Below are positions 40,597 to 55,605 of a stretch of DNA of 64,000 nucleotides, piece after piece. The stretch is from Octopus vulgaris (Eukaryota), in NCBI GenBank assembly GCA_951406725.2, contig OX597824.1, positions 29,760,001 through 29,824,000 of the forward strand, given 5' to 3'. A model generated the notes under the pieces. The model was not told where the DNA came from. It saw nothing but the letters and a program-made list of their open reading frames with translations, and did no database searches. How positions within the stretch are numbered: the first letter of the stretch is position 1; each line of letters opens with the position of its first letter. The position numbers and the translations under genes are program-made.

Positions 40597-40860
40597 GAGG
40601 GCGTATAACCTAGTGGTTAGGGTGTTGCACTCACGATACCGTAATCGTGGTTTCAATTCTGGGTGGTATACTGTGTTCTTCAGCAAAACACTTCATCTCA
40701 CGTTTCTCTCCGATAGCCTTGACACCTCATGCATGGTACACTCTACACCTGTTCAGGCAACGTTGATTCGATGCTCAGCACAAACATTTGATTACTATAA
40801 ATAAATAATCTGTGCGGCTTGTTCAGCAAGAAACTGCAGAACTGTCTTTCTTAGACTACG
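40597..40860 (+). mobile_element. SINE group D variant
   Basis: tRNA head plus CAAAACACTTCAT core. Confidence 0.6.
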
Positions 40861-40972
40861 AGAGAAGACCATTGTAGCAAGTCCTGATTTTGCATAGAAA
40901 CTCCTTACGAATATTGCTGTTAGCGGTATTACAGAAGGTAGTAATTGTAGGGGTAGTGTCGACGATAATGAT

Positions 40973-41545
40973 GGCGACGAGCTGGCAGAATCGTTAGCAC
41001 GCCGGGCGAAATGCGTAGCCGTATTTCCTCTGCCGTTACGTTCTGAGTTCAAATTCCGCCGAGGTCAACTTTGCCTTTCATCTTTTCGGGGTCGATTAAA
41101 TAAGTACCAGTTACGCATTGGGGTCGATATAATTGACTTAATCCGTTTGTCTGTCCTTGTTTGTCCTCTCTGTGTTTAGCCCCTTGTGGGTAGTAAAGAA
41201 GTAGGTATTTTGCCCGTCGTTACGTTCTGAGTTCAAATTCCGCCGAGGGCGACTTTGCCTTTCATCCTTTCGGGGTCGATTAAATAAGTACCAGTTACGC
41301 ACTGTGGTCGATATAATCGACTTAATCCGTTTGTCTGACCTTGTTTGTCCTCTCTGTGTTTAGCCCCTTGTGGGTAGTAAAGAAGTAGGTATTTTGCCCG
41401 TCGTTACGTTCTGAGTTCAAATTCAGCCGAGGTCGACTTTGCTTTTCGGGATCGATAAATTAAGTACCAGTGAAATACTGGGATCGATTGTAATCGACTC
41501 GTCCCCTCCCCCAAAATTTCACACCATGTGCCTATTGTAGAAAGG
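40973..41545 (+). mobile_element. SINE group B with three tandem 184-bp units
   Basis: TTCTGAGTTC at 41041, 41225 and 41409. Confidence 0.9.
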
Positions 41546-42485
41546 CTAATGATGGTGGCGGGGGAGGAGAGGGAATATTGACTGCTGTTGCTGTTTAGCC
41601 CAAGGTCAGCTCTCACTGAGCAAACCAATGATCAACGTCATTCAAGAATTGCTAATCAAGTACGAGATGTTTTGGTACCAGCTTCACGGCGACGCTGATT
41701 CGACGCTGACTTATTTGACGTCAGACTTTTAAGGTTTCTCTTGTTCTCTGTACCTCATCTTTCTTTCTTTCTCTCTCTCTCTCTCTCTCTGCGTCAGTTT
41801 GCATGAGGAGAGGGAAACTGTTTAGGTCACACGAGTTCAATTAACGAATAGTAATGTCTTTCTCCCTTTCTTTCTTCCTCACAATTTCCATCTCCATGCA
41901 TGTATTTCTACACCTGTGCATACATGTATGTGCGTTTGTGTGTATTTGTATAAGTCTATGTCTATGTGCTTCTCTGTGTGTTTGTGTCTATGTGTCTCTG
42001 TCTGTGTATGTGCATATGTGTGTACATGTGTGAGTATGTGTTTGTGTCTACAGATGACTCTGTGTTTATGTGTGTATGTTTACCTCCTGTGTCAAAACGT
42101 ACTTTTGCCTGAACAGCGCCAATATGCACTCAGCCGCGCCAAATCACCAGCGACCAAACTGCTGCGCATTATTGTTTCACTCCTTTGCTAAACCACATGT
42201 GCTTTACGGTCAGTGTATATCGGTACTAGTTTATCAGTTATATCCTAACTCATTTTTTCTAGAAGCCTACGTGAGAAACCGCCCAGAGGCTTCTTTGCCG
42301 TCACGTCAAATGTTGGTTCTAAATAACTATACATTTTGTGGTGTTTTTCCGTGACCCTCTCACCTGAAATAACTGCCAGATATCCCTGATATCATCCTCC
42401 CTACCGTCTTCAAAATGGATGGACACATAGAGTGTTGTACTAAGTACACAAAAAACGGGAGGGTCGCGAATGGAGCCTCTTTGAC

Positions 42486-42537
<52 letters not shown>

Positions 42538-42964
42538 CACCACACTTGCTGCAGCCGTTGCTACTGCTGCTACTACAACTACTACTACTACCACTAATAA
42601 TACTCTGCTAAAACTACTACTACTACTACAACTACTACAACTACTACTACTAACACTGTTATTACTGCTACTGAAGTTGCTACTCCTACAAATACTACCA
42701 ATACTAATGCTCCTAATGATAAGCTGTTACTATTCATATTACATCCACTGCTGCTGCTACTACTATAACTACTACTACTACTACGACGGTAATTAGTACA
42801 ACTACTTCTACTTCTAGACTATTAATACTATAACCACTACTATTATTGCTACTACAACAACTACCACCACCACCACTATCACTTCTAGAACGACTACGAC
42901 ATAATAACTACTACTACTATTTTCACTACTGTTACTGCTGCTACTACTATTACTACTACTACTT

Positions 42965-43005
<41 letters not shown>
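42486..43005. repeat. degenerate (CTA)n field
   Basis: Directly visible. Confidence 0.9.
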
Positions 43006-43006
<1 letters not shown>

Positions 43007-43806
43007 TTAAAAGTAGCAGCCTTAATATCAACACACAACCAACAAACAACAAAGACATGTAAACGCATCAAAAAACCCAACCAAACAAAATGAAAGCAAT
43101 AATGTCCAATCTTTGTCCTTGTCAGTCGTGGCCTGGCACACCTGTGCTAGGTCAGGTGCGCATCACGTATCTGGGTGGGAATGAGATAAGTGAGGGGACA
43201 GACTGGCCGTGCCGATAGAATTGACATTGAGGCCAAACAGACCATGTTGCTACTGTCTGAGACAAACAAAGCTGCTAGTATCTTTACGCGGCATTTGATA
43301 ATGTGTAAGAGCAGACGACCTTTCACGAAGCAATCACACAGAACAAATTAAACGAATACTTAAGAACATATATACGTGTATGTATGTATGTATGTATGTA
43401 TGTATGTATGTATGTATGTATGTATGTATGTATGTATGTATGTATGTATGTATGTATGTATGTATGTATGTATGTATATGTATGTACGTATGTATGTATG
43501 CATGTATGTATGTATGTATGTGTATGTATGTATGTGTTTGTATGTATGTATTTATGTATGTATGTATATGTATGTACGTGTTTATGTATGTATGTATGTG
43601 TGTGTATGTATGTATGTATATACGTATGTTTATATACAGAGGTACTATGTATACAGAGATGTATGTATACAGAGATAGTACAAACATGAATAGAAGACAA
43701 CATATATTTATGCATATATGTAGACGAATATATACAAAGTTACTATGGTAGAAAATATATATATATATATACATCTATATACAAAGTGTGATAGATAGAT
43801 AGATAA

Positions 43807-43889
<83 letters not shown>

Positions 43890-43999
43890 TTTTTGTAAAC
43901 ATATTCACACGAGCTTATATAGAAATAATCGACAGATATATAACGTCTTCTTATCTCTTTCTCTCTCCCTCTCTCTCTTCCTATATATATGTGTGTGTG

Positions 44000-44051
<52 letters not shown>

Positions 44052-44894
44052 TATAGTTATGGTATATTCTGTTAAGAACGTAGTAGAGTTCAGTATATAT
44101 ATATATATATATATATGCATATATATATATATCAAGAGAAAGTCAGAGACAGTGAGGTTTATCTGTATACATATATGTATATATATATATATATATAAAT
44201 ATATATATATATATGCACCTATGTCTGCATTATTAATATATGTATGTATGCATACAAATATACATATTTGTATGTATATATATTTGTATATATATATGTA
44301 AGCACAGGCATACCCTCAAATCCCTACACTACGCACATACACATATACAAGTGCACACACAGATACAAACACCAAATTGTTTCTTTAAAGAGTACCACCA
44401 CCACTGCCATCACCGATAAAAACAACAGCAACAACAAATTCAACAAAGACCACTGCTGATGGAATTCAGCGTAAAATGGCGTGTGATTGGGATATTAGCT
44501 TACAACTATGGCTTCCATGATATGAAACACCGTAAACTACTACACACACAGAGATACGTAAACACACATATACATACACGCGCACACACACACGCGAGTA
44601 TATAAACACGCGTATACATCCTTGTGCACACACACACATGCACACATACATACAGATACGTAAACAGATATACATCCACAAGCACACTCGCATACTCACA
44701 CACACTTTCATTATACACAGACACACATTCACACATACACTTCTCTCCTCACACATACCTTCTCTCCTCACTCACACATACACACGCATACACACACACA
44801 GAGAGAGGCATGGAACAACACACTCTCCCACACATACGCACACATACGTTCATGTACACATACATACACTTACACGCACGCATACATAATAATA

Positions 44895-45295
44895 GATACA
44901 TGCATACATACACTCATACATACGTACGTACATACATACATACATACATATACACATACATACATACATACATACATACATACATACATACGTACATATA
45001 TAGACACATACATGCATACATGCGCATACATTCATACATGCACCCATGTTTACATACATACATACATACTTGCATACATACTTATGTATACACACATGCT
45101 TACACCTACATACGTGCATACGTTCATATGTATGTACATACGTACATGCATACATACAAATATACGTACATACATACATTCATACGTACATACGTATATA
45201 CATACATACATATATACATACATACATACTTACATACATATATACTTACATACATACATACATACATATACACACACACACATACATACATACAT

Positions 45296-45326
<31 letters not shown>

Positions 45327-45920
45327 TACATACATACATACATACATACATACATTCATACATACATACATACATTCATACATACATACATACAGACAGA
45401 CATACATACATACATACATACATACATACATACTTGCATACTTACTTATGTATACACACATGCTTATACCTACATACGTGCATACGTTCATATGTATGTA
45501 CATACGTACATGCATACATACAAATATACGTACATACATGCATGCATACATACATACATACATACATACATACATACATACATACATACATACATACATA
45601 CGTACGTACGTACATACATACACACACACACACACATACATACATACATACATACATACATACATACATACATACATACATACTTACATACATACATATA
45701 TATACATACATACATACACGCACACACATACATACATACATACATGCATACATGCATACATACATACATACACACACACATACATACATACATACATACA
45801 TACATACATACATACATTCATACACACATACATACATACATACATACATACATACATACGTACATACATACATACATACGTACATACAAACATACATACA
45901 TACATACATACATACATTCA
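44895..45920. repeat. ~1-kb (ACAT)n array with a higher-order duplication
   Basis: Variant block repeated at about 45065-45180 and 45429-45540. Confidence 0.9.
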
Positions 45921-46241
45921 TATCTTCATACAAACAGACAGGCAGACAGAGACAGAGAGACAGACACCTCGGTATAGGCACCGCACTAGGCGTACTTGCA
46001 TTAATAAATTCCTTTATCTACCTTATAAGTTGCTTGACACCAAATTGTTTGAAGAAATCAACACAAACAGACGACAGCAACAACATCAACCTTATATTCC
46101 GTCTATTTTATCAATTGTATAGTAAGATTAGCTTGTTTTGTTTTCTGTTTGTTGGATTTGTTTTTGTTATTTTTTTCTCTTTTATTGTCTATCTCTTATT
46201 CTGTTACACACACACATACACAAACATTTAAATATACATAC

Positions 46242-46330
<89 letters not shown>

Positions 46331-46483
46331 TATATTTATATACATATTTATATATATAATTATATGTGTGTGTATTATATATATATTTGTATATCATATA
46401 TGTTTGTATGTATATATATGTATATATACATTCAAATATCTGAATGTATATATATGTGTACATGTATATGTGCACATATATAC

Positions 46484-46531
<48 letters not shown>

Positions 46532-46549
46532 CATTTAATATATATGCAT

Positions 46550-46630
<81 letters not shown>

Positions 46631-46754
46631 CATATGTGTGTATATGTATTCTATCTGTCCTTACATTCCCTATTGCCGAAGTATCCGTTTAACTGTCTTA
46701 TTGTCAACCTCTGTCTCTCTCTCTCTCTCTCTCTCTTTCTCCGTCTCTCTTTCT

Positions 46755-46805
<51 letters not shown>

Positions 46806-46939
46806 GTTTTTACGTACTTCTCTCGCCTACTCTCCCTCAAAATACACGCTCACAGACACACGGATACCCATTTAGTCAAAAACGTATTTGCAATAGAAAG
46901 GCATGTATACACGCGCACGCGCACACACACTCACATACA

Positions 46940-46999
<60 letters not shown>

Positions 47000-47569
47000 G
47001 ACATATTGTCGTTAAAATACCGCCGGTCTATCGTGCTGTGTAGCTATGAAACTAGTTAGAATTAATTACACTCGAATATAACCCTTACAGAACAATTTCC
47101 GCCATAATGCTAACGTTAACATGTAATAACAACATATAAGAACTATTAAATATTATTTAGTAGAGAGAATCGTTTGTTCTTTAAGATAGTCCACATGGGA
47201 AAAGCTAAGACATAAGCAAGTCGGTTGAACGTAGAGACAACTCGGATCGTTGCCTGGAGTGCCACGTGCTTAGGATGCGTTTGGAAGATTCCGAGAAATT
47301 CGTAGGGAATGATATGAAAATAAAAATACGATAAAGGATCCGAGTATGTATCATATGCCACAGAATCTCCCAATACTAGACACCAATATCTAAGCATTGT
47401 CCAAGAATAATTATGGTAGCGAAGAAGAAAATCAAACAGTAAGTGATCTCTGCAGACTATGGATCCACAAGCATTTTCCGCTTTGCAAAATGGAAGAAAA
47501 CACAGAATAAAGAGACTAAAATATATAAAATTACAATCGGGTATAACATATCTGCATTCCTATCATCGA

Positions 47570-47982
47570 TCCCAGTATTCTACTGGTACTTATTTTATCG
47601 ACCTCGAAAGGATGAAAAGCAAAGTAGACATCGGCGTCGGAATTTAAACTCAAAACGTAAAGACGGACGAATAGCCGCTAAATATTTTGTCCGGCGTTAT
47701 TAAGGCAAAGTAGACATCGGCGTCGGAATTTAAACTCAAAACGTAAAGACGGACGAATAGCCGCTAAATATTTTGTCCGGCGTTATTAAGGCAAAATCGA
47801 CATCGGCGTCGGAATTTAAACTCAAAACGTAAAGACGGACGAATAGCCGCTAAATATTTTGTCCGGCGTTATTAAGGCAAAATCGACATCGGCGTCGGAA
47901 TTTAAACTCAAAACGTAAAGACGGACGAGAAGCCGCTAAACATTTTGACCGGCGTACTAACAGTTCTGCCATCTGGCCACCT
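47570..47982 (-). repeat. SINE group B with its head amplified as four 86-bp tandem units
   Basis: Unit starts at 47619, 47705, 47791 and 47877. Confidence 0.9.
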
Positions 47983-48013
47983 TAATGACAACAACAACAA
48001 TAATGTGTGTGTG

Positions 48014-48298
48014 TTCTTTTTTATTTATGCGCCCTTTTCAAGCCTAGCCAGACACATGGGGCCGGTTTCCCGCTTTCTATGGCATATGTGTTCCCCCCAG
48101 CTGGACGGGACGCCAGTCCATCGCAGTGTTACCCAAGAAACAGTACAACAGGGGTCGCCACCCACCCCTGCCGGAACCTCGTGGAGCTTTTAGGTGTTTT
48201 CGCTCAATAAACACACACAGCGCCCGGTCTGGGAATCGAAAACGCGATCCTCCGACCGTGAGTCCGCTGCCCTAACCACAGGGCCATTGCACCTCCAC
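48014..48298 (-). mobile_element. chimeric SINE: group C head with the 39183-type tail
   Basis: Head matches group C to about 48140; probable TSD AATGTGTGTGTG. Confidence 0.8.
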
Positions 48299-48339
48299 AA
48301 TGTGTGTGTGTGTGTGTGTATGTGTATTAAGTGGTATAT

Positions 48340-48731
48340 TCTTTTCTACTCTAAGCACAAGGCTCGAAATTTCGAGGACGCGACCAGTCGATTAGATCGA
48401 TCCCAGTACGCAACAGGTACTTAATTTATCGACACCGAAAGGATGAAAGGCAAAGTCGACCTGGGCGGAATTTGAACTCAGAACGTAAAGACAGACGGAA
48501 TACCTATTTCTTTATTACCCACAAGGAGCTAAACACAGAGCGGACAAACAAGGACAGACATAGGTATTAAGTCGATTACATCGACCCCAGTGCGTAACTG
48601 GTACTTAATTTATCGACCCCGAAAGGATGAAAGACAAAGTCGACCTCGGCGGAATTTGAACTCACAACGTAACGCAGACGAAATACTGCTAAGCATTTCG
48701 CCCGGCGTGCTAACGTTTCTGCCAGCTCGCT
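48340..48731 (-). mobile_element. SINE group B dimer
   Basis: Two copies of the domain. Confidence 0.85.
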
Positions 48732-48899
48732 GCTTTGTATTAAGTGGTATATATAGATGGATATTTGAATTTAATACTGCCTCATTTGCCGGATACATGA
48801 TACATGAAAACATTTTTTCTTGCATTTAAATAAATTTACTCTCAGAGTCGATAGAAAAAAGAAGCCAAATGGAACTATGAGACTTTTCTTTTATTCATT

Positions 48900-49108
48900 T
48901 ACTCTTTTACTTGTTTCAGTCATTTGACTGCGGCCATGCTGGAGCACCGTCTTTAGTCGAGCAAATCGACCCCAGGACTTATTCTTTGGAAGCCTAGTAC
49001 TTATTCTATCGGTCTCTTTTGCCGAACCGCAAAGTTAAGGGGACTTAAACACACCAGCATCGGTTATCAAGCTATGTTGGGGGGACAAACACAGACACAC
49101 AAACATAT

Positions 49109-49150
<42 letters not shown>
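48900..49150 (-). mobile_element. SINE group A 3' half
   Basis: Ends in its internal (TA)n, where a PLE-like element is inserted. Confidence 0.85.
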
Positions 49151-49151
<1 letters not shown>

Positions 49152-49154
<3 letters not shown>

Positions 49155-49887
49155 AATTGAGGATAAAATCTTTAAAATAAATTATCAGTAGTTAGCGTGA
49201 AAAACCTCGTAAGAGAAAAAATCCGTAAATTTTTCCACTTTGAAAATATTTATTTATATTATATTGAGGGTACTACTATTCGTAGATACCACACGCTAAA
49301 GAGGGACCAGTGCGGTCAAAACTACTAAAATAAACAAAATTTTACCGAATGCAAAACTTCAAAGCAAATCATTTAAAAAAAGAATTTAGTTACATATCAC
49401 CTGTGATTTCGCAATTAATGCAGAATATGCATTCTATGTTCATCAGTGCAACAAACTCAAGATATATAAGAAAAAACATAACGTTACAAGCTCGATAGCC
49501 AACCATAGAATTCGTCATAGCATGTACGAATGTTTATCTTTACATATCTATGAAAATGGCGGGCTTATTCGCAATGCATTTCTGTAACAAATTGCTTACT
49601 CGGAATAAAAATTTAGTATTGAACTATTCCGGTGAAAAATATAAATTAACAATTGAGGATAAAATTTTAAAAAGAAATTATCAGTAGTTAGCGTGAAAAA
49701 CCTCGTAAGAGAAAAAATCCGTAATTTTTTCCACTTTGAAAATATTTATTTATATTATATTGGTCCCTCTTTAGCGTGTGGTATCTACGAATAGTAGTAC
49801 CCTCAATATAATATAAATAAATATTTTCAAAGTGGAAAAATTTACGGATTTTTTCTCTTACGAGGTTTTTCACGCTAACTACTGATA
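49152..49887 (-). mobile_element. Penelope-like pseudo-LTR structure: partial tandem repeat plus inverted 5' segment
   Basis: 49152-49265 repeated directly at 49648-49761; 49761-49887 is the reverse complement of 49183-49309; hammerhead inside. Confidence 0.75.
49382..49458 (-). ncRNA. type I hammerhead ribozyme
   Basis: GTTGCA-CTGATGA-[29-nt stem II with AATGCA/TGCATT]-GAA-ATCAC(AG)GTGAT-A-TGTAAC; base of stem II imperfect. Confidence 0.65.
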
Positions 49888-49899
49888 CTAAGATTCTAA

Positions 49900-50295
49900 G
49901 TTCGACCATACTTTACTCCAAACATGTTTGTGTGTATCCTGTTGCTCCAATTGTAATAATAGGTATAAAACTGAAAGTATATCTTGAATATTGGATTTGC
50001 AAACTCCTCATCAATGGTTCGTAGATGTCCTCTTTCACCTGTATTTCTCTAACCATATTGGTGACCAGAGAGCAGCTAACTTTTGCAACAGAACACCTTT
50101 TGCTTGAAGTTCCGCGCAGCAATGTCTGGCCGGTTGTGTTTTAACTTGACAGCTGTTTCAGTTTTTAAGTCCCACCACTATTTTCTTTTATCCATTGGTT
50201 TCGATATAGTCAACTTCGTCAGAAGGTTTTTTTTCTTCTTTTGTTATCCTATTCCAGACTGTTTTGGCCACCGGGAAGATAATATCCGGAAGACA
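49900..50295 (-). pseudogene. RLE-type LINE endonuclease fragment next to (ACAT)n
   Basis: WWDLKTETAVKLKHNRPDI..KEDIYEPLMRSLQIQYSRYTFSFIPIITIGATGY. Confidence 0.8.
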
Positions 50296-50793
50296 GTATG
50301 TATGTATATATGTATGTATGCATGTATGTATGCATGTATGTATGTTTGTATTTATGTATGTATGTATGTATGCATGTGTGTGTGTATGTATGTATGTATA
50401 TATGTATGTACGTATATCAGTTGAATGACACTTAATAGACAGCTGGTACTTAGGAAATTATTAACATCGGAACTCTAAGAGACGAACTCGAACCTGGAGA
50501 GATTTCAACACAGGCAATAATGGAACAAACCATTATCAATGTGAAGGGCGACACTCTACCACTTCTGTCATCTCAACACCCATTTGAAGTTCAGCTAGAT
50601 TAAGAAGCGCATGGAATTATAAAGATATTAGCCCGTCTCGTTAAATATATCTTCTGTCTGTGTATATATCTCACATGTATGGACTGCCGTGAGCCCGAGG
50701 ACACTTAAGACAGCAGCTTAACCCGGTTTCAAGATGCATAAGTGACTGCAGTTATAACACTGCCTTTTCTAAACGGGACGCCAGTTCATCACA

Positions 50794-50978
<185 letters not shown>

Positions 50979-51252
50979 TATATGCATATTTAAATACATA
51001 CATAGATACAGACAGACAGACAGACGGACAGTCAGATAAACAGACAGATATACATACACGCATACATGTGTGTGTATGCATTAGTGTTTCCATTTATGTT
51101 ATAATAAAAACAGTCTTGCATTAAACTGAAGGACCACTCAAGGCATTTGAGAGTCTGCAAATTCTTGAATACTAATATTAACAGTGACTTCGAAGTTTTA
51201 GCCAACTAAGCCATTCTCGGGCAATGTATATGTATATATATATGTGTGTGTG

Positions 51253-51327
<75 letters not shown>

Positions 51328-51388
51328 CGTGCATATGTATATACGTAAATGTGTGTCTATGGCTGTAGAAATATATATATATATATAT

Positions 51389-51455
<67 letters not shown>

Positions 51456-51947
51456 TAAACACATAGATGTATATATATATATACGTACACATGTGTTTAT
51501 GTGTGTATTTTTGTGTATGTGAGGGTGTGTTTAGGCAGAGAGGAAGGAGGGAGAGCCTGAGAATAATAAGAATGCAAAAAACAGACAGACAGAAGAATTA
51601 TGTGTGTATAACTCGATATATGCAGTAATAGTTTTACAACGTATTTGAAATATTTCCATTAAAATATAACTCAAATGTATAGGTATGTAAGTGTGTATGT
51701 GTATGTGTGCATGTGTATGTGTGTGTGTGTATGTGTGTGTGTGGGGGTGTCTCCTTGATTGTATGTGTGTGTTTGTGTGTACTTTTGTTTCAGCCAGAGG
51801 CTGTAGCACATGCACGCACACACACACACACACAGACATGCACACACATGCGCACGCGCGCAAACAATTACACGCATATGTATATACAAATATCAAAATA
51901 TCTCTACTATATACATATGAATATATATATGTAGGTAGGTAGGTAGG

Positions 51948-52081
<134 letters not shown>

Positions 52082-52122
52082 TGCACATATATATGCACAT
52101 ATATACATACACATATATATAT

Positions 52123-52181
<59 letters not shown>

Positions 52182-52223
52182 TGCACATATATATGCACAT
52201 ATATACATACACATATATATATA

Positions 52224-52267
<44 letters not shown>

Positions 52268-52470
52268 TATATACACATGCATTGTATATATATTACATTA
52301 TATATATACATATATTTACATATATATATGTATTTATACATGTATACATATATTTATACACGCACGTATATATCATTATATAAATATCTATATATGTACA
52401 CACACACATATATATATATATATATACATTTATCAATATATGTATATATACATATCTATACATTTATCAA

Positions 52471-52517
<47 letters not shown>

Positions 52518-53123
52518 TATGCATACATACAGTACACATATGTATATGTTCACTCATTGCATATACATATATACAAATGTACATATTGTTATTGTTTACC
52601 AACTAATTGATAAAAAGTTGCTTCAGTTTTGTCTCATCTGATTCATTTTATTTTTTCTTCTTTTCTATTCTATCCAGTTATTTATTATTATATGCAACGT
52701 AAACAAGAGCGTTTGTGTGTTTATCTACGAATATACGCGTGTGCCTACACACACACACACATACACATATATATATACATACATACACACACATGCACAC
52801 ACACGCATGCACACACACACATGCTTACATATAAATGTGTGTCTATGCGTATGTATTGAGTATTTTTAGGCAAGACTGTTCTGTCAGATATATAAAGCCG
52901 TCATGTAAAGTTTTGACGACATACTGGCTAGCGTAGAAAATGTCTTTAATGGTATATTTCTTGTACAATATAACTGTTGTTATTTCCATATATAAGCTTT
53001 TAATAACTTAAAAACGTACAAGGCTATGTTTTCCACTACTCAAGTTACCCACCTCCACCACCACCACCACCACCACCACCATCGCCACCATTACCACCAC
53101 TACCGGCATCATCATCGTCGTCG

Positions 53124-53161
<38 letters not shown>

Positions 53162-53268
53162 TTTCATTGTCTCTTCTGGTTCCTCTTAGCTCATATGCAT
53201 ACACGCATACACGTACAGTCACACACACACACCGATGTACATATACAAATATATACTCATGTATGTAT

Positions 53269-53306
<38 letters not shown>

Positions 53307-53434
53307 TAGATATGGAAATACGTATACGTACACTGATATAAACATACATACACACACACACAAATACCTATATACATATAAGCGTGTGTGTGTATATATA
53401 AAGATAGATAGATTTACGTACAAATATACGTATG

Positions 53435-53468
<34 letters not shown>

Positions 53469-53544
53469 TGTATGTATGTATGCATCCATGTACAGACACA
53501 AACACAGACACACATACTTGCAAAGAGTATACAGAGATATAGAA

Positions 53545-53594
<50 letters not shown>

Positions 53595-54659
53595 ACTGGG
53601 ATGTATGCATATATACACACATCCACACACATCCACACATAATGCCTGCAGATATTCAGGCATGCATGCACACACATGCATGCACATACGCAGAAAAACG
53701 CACAAACTCACACACGCACAAACATTCACAGACACGTACACATACACATACACTTACATACCAGCACAGATAGATGTCTACATACACATACGCAGGCTGC
53801 TGTCTTAATAGATAAAATAGATGAGCATATATCTAGATAGATGTGTGCAGCCGAGTAACTTCATATATTGACACTCTGCATCACATGTTTTTAAGAAAAT
53901 AAAGAGTCCGGAAAAGAAATTTAAAGTTTTAGCACTTTGTAATGTAACAAACTGTTTGTATAAAACCTAAAAACGGAGATAATCCCTTGTTAGAAGCACA
54001 AACTTACAGAGATATCCATTTAGAAATTTCAATGCAATGCATATATTTCTTTATTATATTTTACTGAAAAAATATCGAGGAGATAAAATAATTGGAAGTT
54101 TTGAAGAGGGGGAAAAAAATATTAAAGAGAAGAAAAGATAACTCTGAGCATGTTTGTGTGTGCGTGTGTGTGTGTGTGTGTGTCTTATCTTTCCTCAATT
54201 AGTATTGTTCATAAAAGAAGCGCTTTTTTTTTTTTCTCCTGAGAGTCAATATAGACGTGTCTGTGTGGTTAGACCACCGCTTCGCAACTCAGTGGTTTTA
54301 TTTTCAGTTCCACTACGCGGCACATTCGGCAAATGTGCCCTACTAAAGCTGCGGGCTGCCCAACACCTTATGATTAAATTTACTTAAAGGCTATTGTGGG
54401 TAATACCGAACTACATCTTTATCTCTTACTTGTTTCATTCATTAGACTACGGCTATGCTGGGACAGCACCTTCAGGAAATTTTAGTCAAATGAAACGACC
54501 CTAGTACATTTCTATTGTTAAACCTGGTATTTATTCTATCTCTTTTGCCAAACCGGTAAGTTACAGGCACGTAAACATACCAATATTGTTGTCAAGCGGA
54601 GGAGGGAGACAAACATAGACACAAACATACACACATATAGGTGTGTGTGTGTATATATA

Positions 54660-54892
54660 TATATTAGAGGAAATGAGGTACTCAGAAATTCGGATGGTTT
54701 TATATTTACAGATATTTATTTGTATGTAACATGTCTTTCTGCATCATTATATCATATATGATATATGATATACGATGTATAAAAACATGTAACATACAAA
54801 TAAATATCTGTAAATATAAAACCATCCGAATTTCTGAGTACCTCATTTCTTCTAATATAAAATACCTGTACATCATCTCCAAACCTTCTAAT
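54660..54892 (+). mobile_element. fold-back element, ~85-bp arms plus one-sided tail, in (TA)n
   Basis: 54660-54745 is the reverse complement of 54775-54858 with few mismatches. Confidence 0.8.
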
Positions 54893-54900
54893 ATATATAT

Positions 54901-55090
54901 AGTTGAAATTTGCGGAAAAGCAGAAGATGAAGACAGGTGTATAAACAACAAGCAGGTGTATTAGTTTAACGCTCGGGAAGGTGAGAAAGTATTTTACACT
55001 TCGAGCCTACGCTCTTCAACAGAAAAGATCACGAAGAAATAAACAGAGAGAGAGAGAGAGAGAATAAAACGAAGTTGTGGATTTAGCCAT
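54901..55090 (-). mobile_element. relative of the 1490-1696 element with a degraded hammerhead at 54990-55028
   Basis: CTGTTGAAGAGCGTAGGCTCGAAG on minus. Confidence 0.6.
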
Positions 55091-55358
55091 GGCTACTCAG
55101 AAAACAAGAGATATTAAAATACACAATATATATCTGTGTGTTCGCATGTACCTTTGTTTGTCCCTCTTTACCTCTTGATAACCAGTGTTGATTGGTTTAC
55201 GCCTCCGTAAACTACTGGTACGGAAATAAGTGACCGACAGAATAAGTTCCAGACTGTTGCAATAAGTACTTGGGGACAATCTGTTCGACTAAACTCTTCC
55301 AGGTGAAACCACAGCATGCCTGTAGAGCAATGGCTGAAACAAGTAACGCGTGAGTGCA

Positions 55359-55463
<105 letters not shown>

Positions 55464-55566
55464 ATATGTTTTGTCGTGTAAAATGAATCCGATATTGATA
55501 AAACTATGCAAAAAGTATGTCATGTTTTTGTTCAGGTGAGCGGTATTTGTTGATGATGATAATGAG

Positions 55567-55605
<39 letters not shown>

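Noticed and set aside
44624-46231. 535-aa ORF and the many YI/HT/MYVC/poly-amino-acid ORFs across the window
   Set aside because: Stop-free frames of microsatellites; no domain content or splice evidence
47619-47960. CRISPR-like regular repeat
   Set aside because: No unique spacers, SINE-derived unit, eukaryotic context, no cas genes
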